DNA of 64,000 nt from an uncultured Geobacter sp. (GCA_903857795.1 CAIOGM010000077.1:15121-79120), one strand, 5' to 3'; shown: positions 45,528 through 56,019, counted from the first letter of the stretch. Numbers and translations: made by a program. Notes: generated by a model from the sequence alone, not told the origin.

Positions 45528-48500
45528 ATGATTCAGTTTTTCCCCACTCCGGTACCGCCATCCAGACGGAAATACCCCCGGCTGAACAGAGCCTTACCTC
45601 TGGTGGTACTCGGGATATCTCTGGCCGCCTCACTCTGGATGTGGCGCCTGCTGGATCAGAGCTTCCAGCAGAAAGCTCAAAGTGATTTTGACGATACTAC
45701 TTCGGAAATCACCCAGCGCATCGTCAAACGATTGAATGACCACGAGCAGGTTTTACTGGGAGGGGTGGGTCTGTTCGGCGCCCAGGGCAACGTGACCCGT
45801 GAGCAGTGGCGCCATTACGTCTCGGCCCTGCAACTCGATCAAAATCACCCCGGCGTTCTGGGCGTCGGTTATAGCGTTTGGCTGACCCCGGAGGCAATGA
45901 CCGCCACTGTCCGAGCCATCCGCGCCGAGGGTTTTCCCGAGTATCTCATCAGACCCGAGGGCCGGCGTCCGGTCTACACTTCTATCATATATCTGGAGCC
46001 GTTTACCTGGCGCAATCAGCGGGCCTTCGGTTATGATATGTATACCGAGACTGTTCGGCGGACCGCCATGAACAAAGCCATAGACAGCGGTCTGACTACC
46101 ATCGCTGCAAAAATCATCCTTGTCCAGGAGACTGACAAAGACCGGCAGAGCGGCATGCTGATGTATGCCCCGGTCTATCGCCAAGGGATGGCGACCGACT
46201 CGGTTGAACACCGTCGCAAGGCCCTGCAAGGCTTTATCTACAGCCCCATCAGGATGAACGACTTCATTTATGGCACCTTGGGTAAATTACCCCAGGACAT
46301 CTCCTTCGAGGTCTATGCCGACGTAAACCGCACGGCTGATTCCCTGATGTTCAGCAGCATCCAGGCCGAAAAGAGCACTCTACCCCGGGGTTTTACTCCG
46401 GAGTTCGTACGCGAGATCAAAGTCGAAGCCTATGGCCGGAACTGGGTTTTCGCCTACAGGAGCCTGCCCGCTTTTACGCAACGTCTGGAAAAAAAGAAAT
46501 CCAACACCGCCTTCGGGATCAGTCTCTTCGCCAGTATTTTATTGGGGTGGATCAGCTTTCTGCTCCTGAACACCAGGGAACATGCTCTGCTGCTGGCAGA
46601 TAAAATGGCCCAGGAGAGCCACCGGAGCGAAGCACGGTTTCGTGCCATAATGATGGTCTCCCCTGCCCCCTGTGCCATCAACGACGAGCAGTTGAATGTG
46701 ACCATTTTGAATCCCGCTTTCAGCAAAACCTTCGGGTATACGTTGGACGATATTCCTACGGTAGGGCAGTGGTGGTCCAAGGCATATCCGGATCCCGACT
46801 ATAGACAGTGGGTGGTGTCAACCTGGGCTGAACATCTGGAACAAGCCCGCGCCGGAGGAGGCGAGTTCGAGCCGATCGAGGTGACCATCCGCTGCAGCAA
46901 TGGTTCGGATAAGTTCGTCATCGCCAGCGCCGCACCGCTGGGAGACTTTTTTCTGGGGGAATACCTGGTAATCCTCTTCGATATAACGGCACGCAAGCAG
47001 ATGGAAGAAAAGCTCCGTGACAGCGAATGTCGCTATCAGGAGATCATGCGGGAGCAGAGCATCATCCTCGACAATTCCCCGATTGCCATTTCCATGATCG
47101 TGGATCGGAAGCAGGTCTGGATCAACCACAGAACCGAAGAGATGTTTGAGTATTCCCGTGAAGAACTGGTTAATCAGACCACCCGGAAATTGTACCGATC
47201 CCAGGAGGAGTATGACCGCTTGGGCACTGAGGCGTATCTGGTGCTGGCTCAGGGCCGGGTTTATGAGACCGAACAAGAGTTGCTCCGGCGTGATGGTTCA
47301 ACAGTTATGACCCGTTATATAGTGAAGGCCATTGATCCGGACGATATGAGCAAAGGAACGATTTGGCTCCTGGAGGACATCACCGATCGGGATCGGGCCG
47401 AGGAGGCGCTGCGCCAGTCGGAAGCGTTCACCAGGGCAACCCTGGACGCCATCCCGGCCCATATCTGTGTGCTTGACGAACACGGCGTAATCCTGGCGGT
47501 GAACCAGAGTTGGCGGGATTTTGCTGCTGCTAACCCGCCGGTTCCGGACGGTATCGGCGTTGGCGCCAATTACATCGATACGTGTTCTGCCGTTCAGGGA
47601 GATGATCATGAGTCCGCCAGACGTTTCGCTGCAGGAATCAAGGCCGTTCAATGCGGGGAATTGGAGCGCTACGATCAGGAATACACCTGTCATTCACCCA
47701 CGGAGCAGCTTTGGTTCCTGGGGCGCGTGACCCGTTTTGCCGATTGCGGACCACTACGGCTGGTGGTCACCCATGAAGATATTACCCAGGGGAAACAGAT
47801 GTCCACGGCCCTCAGCGACAGTGAGGAGCGGTTCCGCCTGTTGTTCGAGCGACACAGTGCCGTCATGCTCCTGATCGAGCCCGTGACCGGCCGGATCGAA
47901 GATGCCAACCTTGCCGCCGCAGCATTTTACGGCTACACCCGAGATACCCTGCGGGAGATGACCATTGCGCAGATCAACCGTCTCAACCCTCACGAGATCG
48001 CTGCAGAAATGCAACAGGCCCTGGTTCAGGGCCTGAACTACTTCGTTTTTCCCCACCAATTGGCTGACGGAAACGTTCGCACCGTAGAAGTCCATTCTAC
48101 GCCGATAGTCCTGGACGGTACGTCGTTGCTCTTTTCCATTATCCATGACATCACCGAGCGGTTGTGGACAGAGAAGGAACTTCAGAATAACGCCGCCTGG
48201 CTGGCGGCGCTCAAGGAGCGCAGCCCTATCGGTATCCTGGTAGCGAACCAGGATCGGCTCATTATCGACACCAATCCCAGCTTTTGTGACATATTCGGGT
48301 ACTGCACCGAAGAGCTGGTAGGGCGATCGGCCCAAGCTATCCACGTCTCGGAAACCGCGTTCCAGGAATTCAGCGACAAGTTTTACCCTCTGATACAAAG
48401 CGGTCACCAGGTTCGGGCCGAATACCAGTTCCGCAGAAAGAACGGAGAAATCTTCTGGGCGGATATTGCCGGTCAGGCCATCGTGCCGGGTGATTTCGCC

Positions 48501-51149
48501 AAGGGGACCATCTGGAAACTCTGGGATATTTCCGAACGCCGGAGGTTGCAAGCCGAATTACTCCGCCTGACTAACGAGCGGGGGGCGGTCCTTGATGCAT
48601 CCAGCGTTGGCATCACCATGGTCAAGAACCGCACACTGGTCTGGGGCAACCGGGCCATGGGAGAAATCTTCGGCTACAGTGTCACAGAGCTGGCGAATAG
48701 CTCAACCCTGGCGTTCTACTCTTCACCACAGGAGTATGAACGGATGAGATCGGAGGCCTACGACTGTCTTGCCTCGGGACTCGATTATCGGGGCGAGGTC
48801 GAAATGCGCCACAAGAGTGGCGCCCTGATCTGGATACGACTCCAGGGAAAAGCACTCGATCCGCTTCAGGCCGGCGAGGGGAGCGTCTGGATTTTCGAAG
48901 ATATCAGTAAGTACAAAATCCTGGAAGCGGAGCGCCTGGCGCAGGAGGCCCTATTGCGCCGTTCAGAATCAAAATACTCGACTATTTTCAGCACCACGCC
49001 CGACTTGATGGCGATCTCGCTGAGAGAGAGCGGCCGGTTCCTGGAAGTAAATGATGCCTTTGAGCGGATAATGGGGTTTTCCCGGGAAGATGTCATCGGT
49101 TCTACTGCCCAGAAATTGGGGACGTGGGAATCCCTCGAAGATCGGCAACGACTGCTGGAGGATCTTGGCGACCACCAACGGCTAGTGGATTATAAGGCCC
49201 GATTCCGCCGCAGAAATGGCGAAGCGTTTTCCGTATCGCTTTCACTGCAACAGGCGGAGATCAATGGAGCGCAATGTCTGATTACCTGCGCCCGGGACAT
49301 TACGGCTCAGGAACGTGATCAGGAGGAGTTACACCGCTCCAAAGCTGCCGCCGAGGCGGCCAGTCACGCCAAAAGTGAATTTCTTGCCAATATGAGTCAC
49401 GAAATCCGGACTCCCATGTGCGCGATTATCGGATTTGGTGATCTGGTGATGCAGACGGAGCTTGCCCCGCGGCAACGAGACTATCTCTCAAAAATGAATG
49501 CCTCGGCCCGGTTGCTGCTGGGACTCATCAACGACATCCTCGATTTATCCAAGGTCGAGGCAGGTAAGCTGACCCTGGAACAGGTCGCCTTTGAGCTACC
49601 GGGGTGTCTGGAGAAGGTGGCCGACGTCATTGCCGTGCAGGCACACGCCAAGGGTATCGAATTCCGGAGTGAGATTGCCCGTGATGTGCCGGAGTATGTC
49701 ACCGGTGACCCGTTCCGCTTGCGGCAAGTCTTGTTAAATCTGTTGGGCAACGCGGTCAAGTTTACCAATTCCGGAAGGGTAGAACTTGCCGTGTCCAAAA
49801 TCGAGACCGATGCGTCAGGCCCGCTGCGGCTGAATTTCCGGATCAGCGATACCGGTATCGGCCTCTCGACAGCACAGTGTCAGAGTATTTTCGACGCGTT
49901 CGCCCAGGGGGACAATTCCACCACCAGGAATTATGGCGGCACTGGCCTGGGGCTCGCTATCAGTAAACGTTTGGTGGCGCTGATGGGGGGGGTAATAACT
50001 CTCGAAAGTGAATTTGGACGCGGGAGCGTCTTCAGTTTCTCCGCCAGCTTTACGTTAGCATCAGCCGGAACAAACAAAATATTGTTGCCGGAGGCTCATG
50101 GCGATCTTCGATCTCTTCGCGGAGCACGAGTCCTGGTTGTCGAAGATAACCGTATTAATCAGGAGGTGACTCGGCTCCAGTTGGGCCAGTGCGGTCTTGA
50201 GGTCACTATTGCGGCTAACGGTCGGGAAGCGATAACGAAGGTAGCACAAACCAGCAGACCGTTCGATCTGGTCCTGATGGATATCCAGATGCCGGAAATG
50301 GACGGCTATGAAGCAACCCGTCACCTCCGTGAACAATGGAGCCAGGAAGAGTTACCGATCGTTGCGCTGACCGCCCACGCCTTGGTCGAAGAGCGGGAAA
50401 AGTGCCGGATCGCCGGTATGAACGCCCACCTGGCCAAGCCCATTGAGACCGCAGCCCTTCATGGGCTTCTGCTCCGGTGGATCAAGCCTATTCGGGAGCC
50501 GGTTGCAGCGGCAGAAAAGGGGAGACCGGAGCCGATTCTCCCGGATAATTTCGGACTTCGCACCGGAGAGGCCCTGGCCAGGTTGGGGGGGAATCAAACC
50601 ATCTATCGTTCCCTACTCCAGCTCTTTACCCATGACTACCGGCAGGTGGCGAAACGCCTCGGAAGACTGCTGAATGCAGGAGAAGTGACCGAAGCCAGGC
50701 TGCTGGCCCATACCCTCAGAGGTGTGTCCGGCAATCTGGGGGCCATGGACCTTTCAAACGTCGCGGCAGCCATGGAAAGGGCGCTCAAGCAGCATAACCT
50801 GTTAGAGGCGCACGAGTTGGTGTCTGACTTGGATGAGCAATTAACCCGGGTCATGGCTGCAGTGGCCGAGGTTGAGCAGTCATTGCCGGATGAACCGAAG
50901 TCTGGTGTAGAACTTTATTCGTTCGATGATCTGCTGGACCTGAGCGCGCAGCTGGCCGAAATGCTGCGGACACATAATCTCCAAGCCTTGGAACACTTTG
51001 GCCGGCTGCATTCGACTCTGGAGCTGCACTGTCCGAGCGAAAAGGTACAAGAACTGGCTCATTGCCTGGAACGATTGGATTTTGAGAGAGCCACGGAACT
51101 GTTGAACGAGTGCCAACCGTTAGCGCACAGAATGGAGTCGCAACATTGA
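45528..51149 (+). CDS. 1873-aa hybrid sensor histidine kinase: CHASE-like sensor, multiple PAS/PAC, HisKA-HATPase, receiver, Hpt
   Basis: A TM segment, a CHASE-like periplasmic block (GVGYSVWL, YTSIIYLEPF, RAFGYDM) and a second TM segment. Roughly 8 PAS modules follow, then H-box SHEIRTPM, HATPase (GNAVKFT, DTGIGL, GGTGLGLAI), receiver DLVLMDIQMPEMDG and Hpt HTLRGVSGNLG. Confidence 0.85.
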   Translation: MIQFFPTPVPPSRRKYPRLNRALPLVVLGISLAASLWMWRLLDQSFQQKAQSDFDDTTSEITQRIVKRLNDHEQVLLGGVGLFGAQGNVTREQWRHYVSALQLDQNHPGVLGVGYSVWLTPEAMTATVRAIRAEGFPEYLIRPEGRRPVYTSIIYLEPFTWRNQRAFGYDMYTETVRRTAMNKAIDSGLTTIAAKIILVQETDKDRQSGMLMYAPVYRQGMATDSVEHRRKALQGFIYSPIRMNDFIYGTLGKLPQDISFEVYADVNRTADSLMFSSIQAEKSTLPRGFTPEFVREIKVEAYGRNWVFAYRSLPAFTQRLEKKKSNTAFGISLFASILLGWISFLLLNTREHALLLADKMAQESHRSEARFRAIMMVSPAPCAINDEQLNVTILNPAFSKTFGYTLDDIPTVGQWWSKAYPDPDYRQWVVSTWAEHLEQARAGGGEFEPIEVTIRCSNGSDKFVIASAAPLGDFFLGEYLVILFDITARKQMEEKLRDSECRYQEIMREQSIILDNSPIAISMIVDRKQVWINHRTEEMFEYSREELVNQTTRKLYRSQEEYDRLGTEAYLVLAQGRVYETEQELLRRDGSTVMTRYIVKAIDPDDMSKGTIWLLEDITDRDRAEEALRQSEAFTRATLDAIPAHICVLDEHGVILAVNQSWRDFAAANPPVPDGIGVGANYIDTCSAVQGDDHESARRFAAGIKAVQCGELERYDQEYTCHSPTEQLWFLGRVTRFADCGPLRLVVTHEDITQGKQMSTALSDSEERFRLLFERHSAVMLLIEPVTGRIEDANLAAAAFYGYTRDTLREMTIAQINRLNPHEIAAEMQQALVQGLNYFVFPHQLADGNVRTVEVHSTPIVLDGTSLLFSIIHDITERLWTEKELQNNAAWLAALKERSPIGILVANQDRLIIDTNPSFCDIFGYCTEELVGRSAQAIHVSETAFQEFSDKFYPLIQSGHQVRAEYQFRRKNGEIFWADIAGQAIVPGDFAKGTIWKLWDISERRRLQAELLRLTNERGAVLDASSVGITMVKNRTLVWGNRAMGEIFGYSVTELANSSTLAFYSSPQEYERMRSEAYDCLASGLDYRGEVEMRHKSGALIWIRLQGKALDPLQAGEGSVWIFEDISKYKILEAERLAQEALLRRSESKYSTIFSTTPDLMAISLRESGRFLEVNDAFERIMGFSREDVIGSTAQKLGTWESLEDRQRLLEDLGDHQRLVDYKARFRRRNGEAFSVSLSLQQAEINGAQCLITCARDITAQERDQEELHRSKAAAEAASHAKSEFLANMSHEIRTPMCAIIGFGDLVMQTELAPRQRDYLSKMNASARLLLGLINDILDLSKVEAGKLTLEQVAFELPGCLEKVADVIAVQAHAKGIEFRSEIARDVPEYVTGDPFRLRQVLLNLLGNAVKFTNSGRVELAVSKIETDASGPLRLNFRISDTGIGLSTAQCQSIFDAFAQGDNSTTRNYGGTGLGLAISKRLVALMGGVITLESEFGRGSVFSFSASFTLASAGTNKILLPEAHGDLRSLRGARVLVVEDNRINQEVTRLQLGQCGLEVTIAANGREAITKVAQTSRPFDLVLMDIQMPEMDGYEATRHLREQWSQEELPIVALTAHALVEEREKCRIAGMNAHLAKPIETAALHGLLLRWIKPIREPVAAAEKGRPEPILPDNFGLRTGEALARLGGNQTIYRSLLQLFTHDYRQVAKRLGRLLNAGEVTEARLLAHTLRGVSGNLGAMDLSNVAAAMERALKQHNLLEAHELVSDLDEQLTRVMAAVAEVEQSLPDEPKSGVELYSFDDLLDLSAQLAEMLRTHNLQALEHFGRLHSTLELHCPSEKVQELAHCLERLDFERATELLNECQPLAHRMESQH

Positions 51150-54100
51150 CCATCCCTTTTCCTAAATCCATCAGAGTCCAGTTATTCCTCATGGTACTGC
51201 TCGTGGCGGTCCCTGCAGTGGGCATCATGCTGTATTCCGGCGTTCAATCCAGAGATATGGCGCTGAACGTCGCGCAGCGTGATACGCAGCAACTGGCGGC
51301 CATCATCGCCACCGAGCAGCAGAACCTGGTAGCCGGGGCCGAGCAGATGATGACGGCTCTGGCGCAACTTCCTGAAATAAAAGGTCATGATCCCGCACTG
51401 GTTGAGCCGATCCTGCGCAAACTCCTCACGCTGAACCCGATGTATTCCAATATATTCCTTGCTGATCGTAGCGGCACCGTCTGGGCCACGGCCGTGCCTA
51501 CGAAACCTCCTTTTGTGGTGGCAGACCGACGGTACTTCAGGAATGCCGTGGACAGCGGTCGCCTGGCCGCCGGAGAATACGTAATCAGCAGGGCCACGGC
51601 ACGACCGGTCTTCAATCTGGGCTATCCGCTGAAGGATGATCGTGGTGCCGTCACGGGGGTTATTGGTGTAGGTTTTCGCATCGACCAGTACCGGCAACTG
51701 CTGGCCTTGATGCACGCCCCCCCGGGGACCAGTTATGTCCTTACCGACCATCACGGGATAATACTGTCCCGCGCCATTGACCCGGAAAAGTACATCGGAA
51801 AACCGTACACTCCGGATATATTCCGGCAGATGCAGCAAAGTCCGGACGCCTCGGTCACCGTCCGAGCCGGTATTAGCGGCGAACGACGGATCATCACCTT
51901 GCGCAAATTGACCCTGCCGGGGGAGCAGGCCCCCTACCTGTATATTACCTTGGGCATTCCCGTGAACGTGGCCTTGCATGAGGCTAACCAGGCCCTGCTC
52001 CGGGAGATGGTCCTGTTCATGACGTTCCTGGGAGTGGCCTTTGTCCTGGCCTGGCTGTTGGGGAAACGTTCGATTACCGACCGCATCGCCGTGTTGGAGC
52101 AGGCTGCGCAACGGCTGGCCGGTGGGGATCATCTCGGCAAGGTTGCCGATCTGGTCGTCGGTGGTGAACTGGGCCGCCTGGCCCTCTCATTTGATACGAT
52201 GGTTCAGCAGCTGGCGGTGTCAGACCGGTTGCGGTATGAGAAGGAGGTGCAGCTTCAGGAACAGAACCGGCAGCTGGAAGCAGAAGTGGCCGAGCGTCAG
52301 AAAACCCAGGAGCAGCTTCGGGCAAAAGAGCAGTTTCTCCAGACGATCATTGAAACCGAGCCGGAATGCGTCAAGATGGTCGACCGGGATGGGCACCTGC
52401 TCATGATGAACCGGGCTGGACTGAAAATGATCGAGGCGGAAACGTTTGACGCAGTGGCGGGGCAGGATGTCTGCCTCCTGGTGGCCGAGGAACATCGCGG
52501 AGCATTTAAGAAGCTGCTCATAGATGCTTATGACGGCATCCCGGGAGCCCTGCAGTTTGCGGTGGTGGGGTTACGGGGTACCCCGCTTTGGCTTGATTCC
52601 CTGGTTGTCCCGTATCGGGACGACACGGGAGCTATCAGCGCCGCCTTGAGCATTACCAGAAATATTACCAAGAGCAAACAATCGGAAGAGCTCCTGGCCA
52701 AAAATGAAGCGCGCTTGCGGGTCATTTTCGAGACCTCTCAGGCCGGTATCATGATGGTAGCCCCGGACGGGGCCATCACCTTTGCTAACCGGCGAATGGC
52801 TGAGATGTTTGGCTGTACCCTGGAGGAGCTCACCGGTTCCGCCTATATTGACCATATTCATCCCGATGAACAGCAGGCGGGTGAGGACAGGATGCGGCAG
52901 CTCTGTTCCGGGGAGACTGAGCATGTCTACTGCGAACGACACTATTGGCGTCACGATGGCACTGATTTCTGGGGGTACTTGTCCGGCCGGCGTCTGGAAA
53001 CTCCTGACGATCAAAACCAGGGAATGATCTTCATCATTGCGGATATCACCGAACGTAAACAGGCGATGGTCGAACTCCAACAGGCCAAGGCGGCGGCGGA
53101 GGTGGCCAACGAGACCAAGAGCCGGTTTCTGGCCAATATGAGCCATGAACTGCGCACCCCCATGAACGGGGTCCTGGGGATGATCCAACTCGCCCAGTAT
53201 GGGTCACTCGATGAAGCACAACAGCGCTATCTCACCCTGGCCTATAATGCAGGGTGGTCGTTGGTCCGGATTCTCAACGATATTCTCGACCTGACCAAAA
53301 TAGTTGAGCGGAAACTCACCCTGCGACTTGAGCCGCTACAGCTTCGGGAGTGCGTGGCCGAGACCGTGGGTTTGCTGACCCCCGAAGCGGTCCATAAAGG
53401 ACTCCAGGTCCTCACAGAGGTGGCAGACGACGTTCCGGAACTGGTCAGAGGAGACCTGGTCCGGTTGCGCCAGGTGCTTACCAACCTGATTGGCAACGCT
53501 ATCAAGTTTACTGCACAGGGAACCGTACTCATCCGGGTGGCGCCGCATCCCACCGGTCTTGTCATTTCGGTGACGGACACCGGTATCGGTATCCCTGCCG
53601 ACAAACAGGAGTTCGTCTTTGAGCCCTTCAGCCAGATTGACGACTCTGATACCCGTCGGTTTGGCGGGGTTGGCCTGGGACTGGCCATCTGCAAGGAGAT
53701 TGTAGAACTGATGGGGGGAACCATAACCCTGGAAAGCACCGAGGGAGAGGGAAGTCACATCTCGTTCACCCTCCCGCTGAACAACGCACTGCAGCCATCG
53801 CCAATGCCAACCCGTCACGATTTATTGCAAGATAGTGCCGACTTCGATCCCGCCATAACGCAAGGGGCTTCGCCACGCATTCTCATTGTCGAAGACGACC
53901 CTACCAACCGACTCCTACTACAACTGGCACTCAGACGCGAGCAGTACGAAACGGAGACCGCCGGCAATGGCCTCCAGGCCGTGGAAAAGTGGGAGAATGT
54001 CGCCTGCGATCTGATCATCATGGATGTGCAGATGCCGGTGATGAACGGCATCGAGGCCACCCGGATCATCCGGGAGAAAGAGGGGAACCAGGGGGGCCAC

Positions 54101-54259
54101 ATCCCCATTCTCGCCATGACTGCCCACGCTTTTGATGACGACCAGGCCCGCTGCCTTGCCACGGGAATGGACGCCTATCTCTCCAAACCTGTTGACCTCT
54201 CCGTTGCGCTTGCCATGGTGAAAAAATTCGTCGGTAACGGGGTGCGGCACGAAATGTAA
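51146..54259 (+). CDS. About 1040-aa hybrid sensor histidine kinase: Cache-like sensor, HAMP, PAS x3, HisKA-HATPase, receiver
   Basis: A TTG start at 51146 overlaps the upstream TGA (TTGA); the alternative start is 51110. Domains: TM, periplasmic Cache-like domain, HAMP, coiled coil, H-box SHELRTPMN, GNAIKFT/DTGIGI/GGVGLGLAI, and receiver DLIIMDVQMPVMNG. Confidence 0.85.
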   Translation: MTIPFPKSIRVQLFLMVLLVAVPAVGIMLYSGVQSRDMALNVAQRDTQQLAAIIATEQQNLVAGAEQMMTALAQLPEIKGHDPALVEPILRKLLTLNPMYSNIFLADRSGTVWATAVPTKPPFVVADRRYFRNAVDSGRLAAGEYVISRATARPVFNLGYPLKDDRGAVTGVIGVGFRIDQYRQLLALMHAPPGTSYVLTDHHGIILSRAIDPEKYIGKPYTPDIFRQMQQSPDASVTVRAGISGERRIITLRKLTLPGEQAPYLYITLGIPVNVALHEANQALLREMVLFMTFLGVAFVLAWLLGKRSITDRIAVLEQAAQRLAGGDHLGKVADLVVGGELGRLALSFDTMVQQLAVSDRLRYEKEVQLQEQNRQLEAEVAERQKTQEQLRAKEQFLQTIIETEPECVKMVDRDGHLLMMNRAGLKMIEAETFDAVAGQDVCLLVAEEHRGAFKKLLIDAYDGIPGALQFAVVGLRGTPLWLDSLVVPYRDDTGAISAALSITRNITKSKQSEELLAKNEARLRVIFETSQAGIMMVAPDGAITFANRRMAEMFGCTLEELTGSAYIDHIHPDEQQAGEDRMRQLCSGETEHVYCERHYWRHDGTDFWGYLSGRRLETPDDQNQGMIFIIADITERKQAMVELQQAKAAAEVANETKSRFLANMSHELRTPMNGVLGMIQLAQYGSLDEAQQRYLTLAYNAGWSLVRILNDILDLTKIVERKLTLRLEPLQLRECVAETVGLLTPEAVHKGLQVLTEVADDVPELVRGDLVRLRQVLTNLIGNAIKFTAQGTVLIRVAPHPTGLVISVTDTGIGIPADKQEFVFEPFSQIDDSDTRRFGGVGLGLAICKEIVELMGGTITLESTEGEGSHISFTLPLNNALQPSPMPTRHDLLQDSADFDPAITQGASPRILIVEDDPTNRLLLQLALRREQYETETAGNGLQAVEKWENVACDLIIMDVQMPVMNGIEATRIIREKEGNQGGHIPILAMTAHAFDDDQARCLATGMDAYLSKPVDLSVALAMVKKFVGNGVRHEM

Positions 54260-54416
54260 TCTTTCAGCGAAGGCACAACGGCGCGAAGACAACAAAACAG
54301 ATAAAACTGAAAGATTTCGGGATGAGTGAAGTTGTAAGTGGCTAATCAACAATCTTGGTTTCCGGCTTGTGGCCCCAGCTCACCGGGCAGGTGGAAGCCG
54401 CCCGCTGAACGGGATC

Positions 54417-54617
54417 CTATCCCTTCCCCGTCACGGCGGTTACCCCGGGGACGTTCTCCCGGCACTCCTCACAGAACTTGTGAGCCCGATCCCGCCACCC
54501 CAGTTCAGCGCCACATGACGCGCAGTCGAAGAGCATCTCTTCCTGACACGGTGCACAGACCTTCTCGACTTCTGTGTCGCTCAACGTTTCACCGCAAATA
54601 TCGCACTCTCGTATCAT
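54417..54617 (-). CDS. 66-aa protein with four CxxC pairs (double zinc-ribbon-like)
   Basis: MIRECDICGE...KVCAPCQ...DCASCG...FCEECR. Its ATG overlaps the stop of the upstream small ORF (ATGA). Confidence 0.45.
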   Translation of the reverse strand: MIRECDICGETLSDTEVEKVCAPCQEEMLFDCASCGAELGWRDRAHKFCEECRENVPGVTAVTGKG

Positions 54618-54799
54618 CGCTCCTCCACGGGGCATTCTTTATCTGTAACCCTGACCGGATCCGCGGTTCGGGTGACGAAATCCAATACCGCTTCGCAACT
54701 GTGTCCGGATGGCCCCAGAAGGTCAAAGATGGCGAAAGCCGCGACCTCGGGAGGTCCGTGGTATTTGATCCCGGTGGTCTGGTTTGTCGATTCACTCAT
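54614..54799 (-). CDS. Hypothetical 61-aa protein, translationally coupled to the zinc-ribbon ORF
   Basis: ATG at 54799 preceded by GGGGAGA. No recognisable motif. Confidence 0.3.
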   Translation of the reverse strand: MSESTNQTTGIKYHGPPEVAAFAIFDLLGPSGHSCEAVLDFVTRTADPVRVTDKECPVEER

Positions 54800-54827
54800 C
54801 CCGGTATCTCCCCGGTGCACTGTTGAA

Positions 54828-55136
54828 TTAGGTGTCAGCCAACATCTCGACAGCAAGGAGGCGACTGCCATGTACTATCGTCACTATCATGATGATTCCA
54901 CTAATGCTGTCATGGCGGTAGATGCAACGATAGGAACCGATGATCATTTCGCGGTAGGGCAGATGAGGAAATTCAGGCAGGGTGCGACCGGATCCGGGGA
55001 AGTCAGCGAGACGCCGGACCCCTTTGATAACTTTTTCAACCTGGACGCGAGCATAAAAAGGTGAATCTTCGGCAATGTAACCATAGATCGATTCAAGCTC
55101 TTCGGCAGATTTCAGGGACCATTTCAGCGTAGCCAT
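54828..55136 (-). CDS. parE: ParE/RelE-family toxin
   Basis: SAEELESIYGYIAEDSPFYA ... GRTLPEF...YREMIIGSYRCIYRH....IIMIVTIVHGSR is the classic ParE pattern. Confidence 0.7.
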   Translation of the reverse strand: MATLKWSLKSAEELESIYGYIAEDSPFYARVQVEKVIKGVRRLADFPGSGRTLPEFPHLPYREMIIGSYRCIYRHDSISGIIMIVTIVHGSRLLAVEMLADT

Positions 55137-55312
55137 TTCAGCGAGAGCCTTTCAACCACTTCATCGTGTTCCATGATACGGTTGTCGCGGATATCCTGCT
55201 CTCCGGCTTCTATTTTCTGGAGGAGGTAGAGTCGATACATGACTTCCTCGGGATCGATCATGTCGGGAAGATTAGCAAGGCATGATTCCACAGAAGAGCG
55301 GGCAATTTGCAT
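55124..55312 (-). CDS. Putative cognate antitoxin (62 aa)
   Basis: A small acidic ORF that overlaps the parE start by 13 nt. Confidence 0.5.
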   Translation of the reverse strand: MQIARSSVESCLANLPDMIDPEEVMYRLYLLQKIEAGEQDIRDNRIMEHDEVVERLSLKWLR

Positions 55313-55455
55313 GGGGCAATCTCCTTGGCTGTAAGTCAGGGTGGGTACACACTACCATGGATGAGAATTCCGGACAAGAGTCGATGCGAAAAGAGCTTGT
55401 GCGGGCAGTGGGGCCTCATCGTGTTCGTGCAGGGGGTGGGTGAAGGGAGGAGGTA

Positions 55456-55495
55456 GAGAAAAAGGAGGCCGCTCTAGGAGGGAGAGAGCGACCTC
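55456..55495 (-). terminator. Rho-independent terminator of the spy/cpxP-like gene
   Basis: On the minus strand: GAGGTCGCTCT-loop-AGAGCGGCCTC followed by CTTTTTCTC. Confidence 0.55.
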
Positions 55496-55542
55496 AAGGT
55501 AAACTTTTCACGTGGGTGCTTGTTGCCGTATGCCGAACAACG

Positions 55543-56019
55543 TCAGGGCATCGGTGGCGGGCCGGGGCCCCTGTCGTGATCCTTGTGCGGCATGCTCTTA
55601 AGAATCGCCAGCTGTGCGGGAGTCAATATGGCGCGGAACTGGGCCTCGACCTTTGCCCTGTTGACGTTGAGATCCGCCTGAATGCCGGCGATCTTGGCGG
55701 TTTCCGCACGGATTGCCGCCTCATCAAGAGTATCCGCGTGGATCAGCGCCTGAAGATTCTTCTGTTCGGCGTGAAGGCTGGTTAACGTCGGCTTGATGAC
55801 GGCTCGGTTCCCTTGGAAAATCGCCTTTGCCTGGCTCTTCTGGTCATCGGAGAGGCCGAGCTTCTGGCCGATTTCCTTGAACTGGTGCCGCTGCTGTTTT
55901 TCGCATCCCTCTCCACCTCTCCCTCCGGGGTCGGCTTGCGCGGCACCTGCACATACCGTCGACGCCGTGAGACAACAGATTGCTGCGATCCTGAGAATCC
56001 TCTTGCGATGTGCTGACAT
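55543..56019 (-). CDS. Spy/CpxP-family periplasmic protein (LTxxQ motif)
   Basis: Signal peptide, helical K/Q/A-rich sequence and ILTPAQLAILK. The start is at ATG 56019, behind GAGAGGAAAAAA. Confidence 0.65.
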   Translation of the reverse strand: MSAHRKRILRIAAICCLTASTVCAGAAQADPGGRGGEGCEKQQRHQFKEIGQKLGLSDDQKSQAKAIFQGNRAVIKPTLTSLHAEQKNLQALIHADTLDEAAIRAETAKIAGIQADLNVNRAKVEAQFRAILTPAQLAILKSMPHKDHDRGPGPPPMP

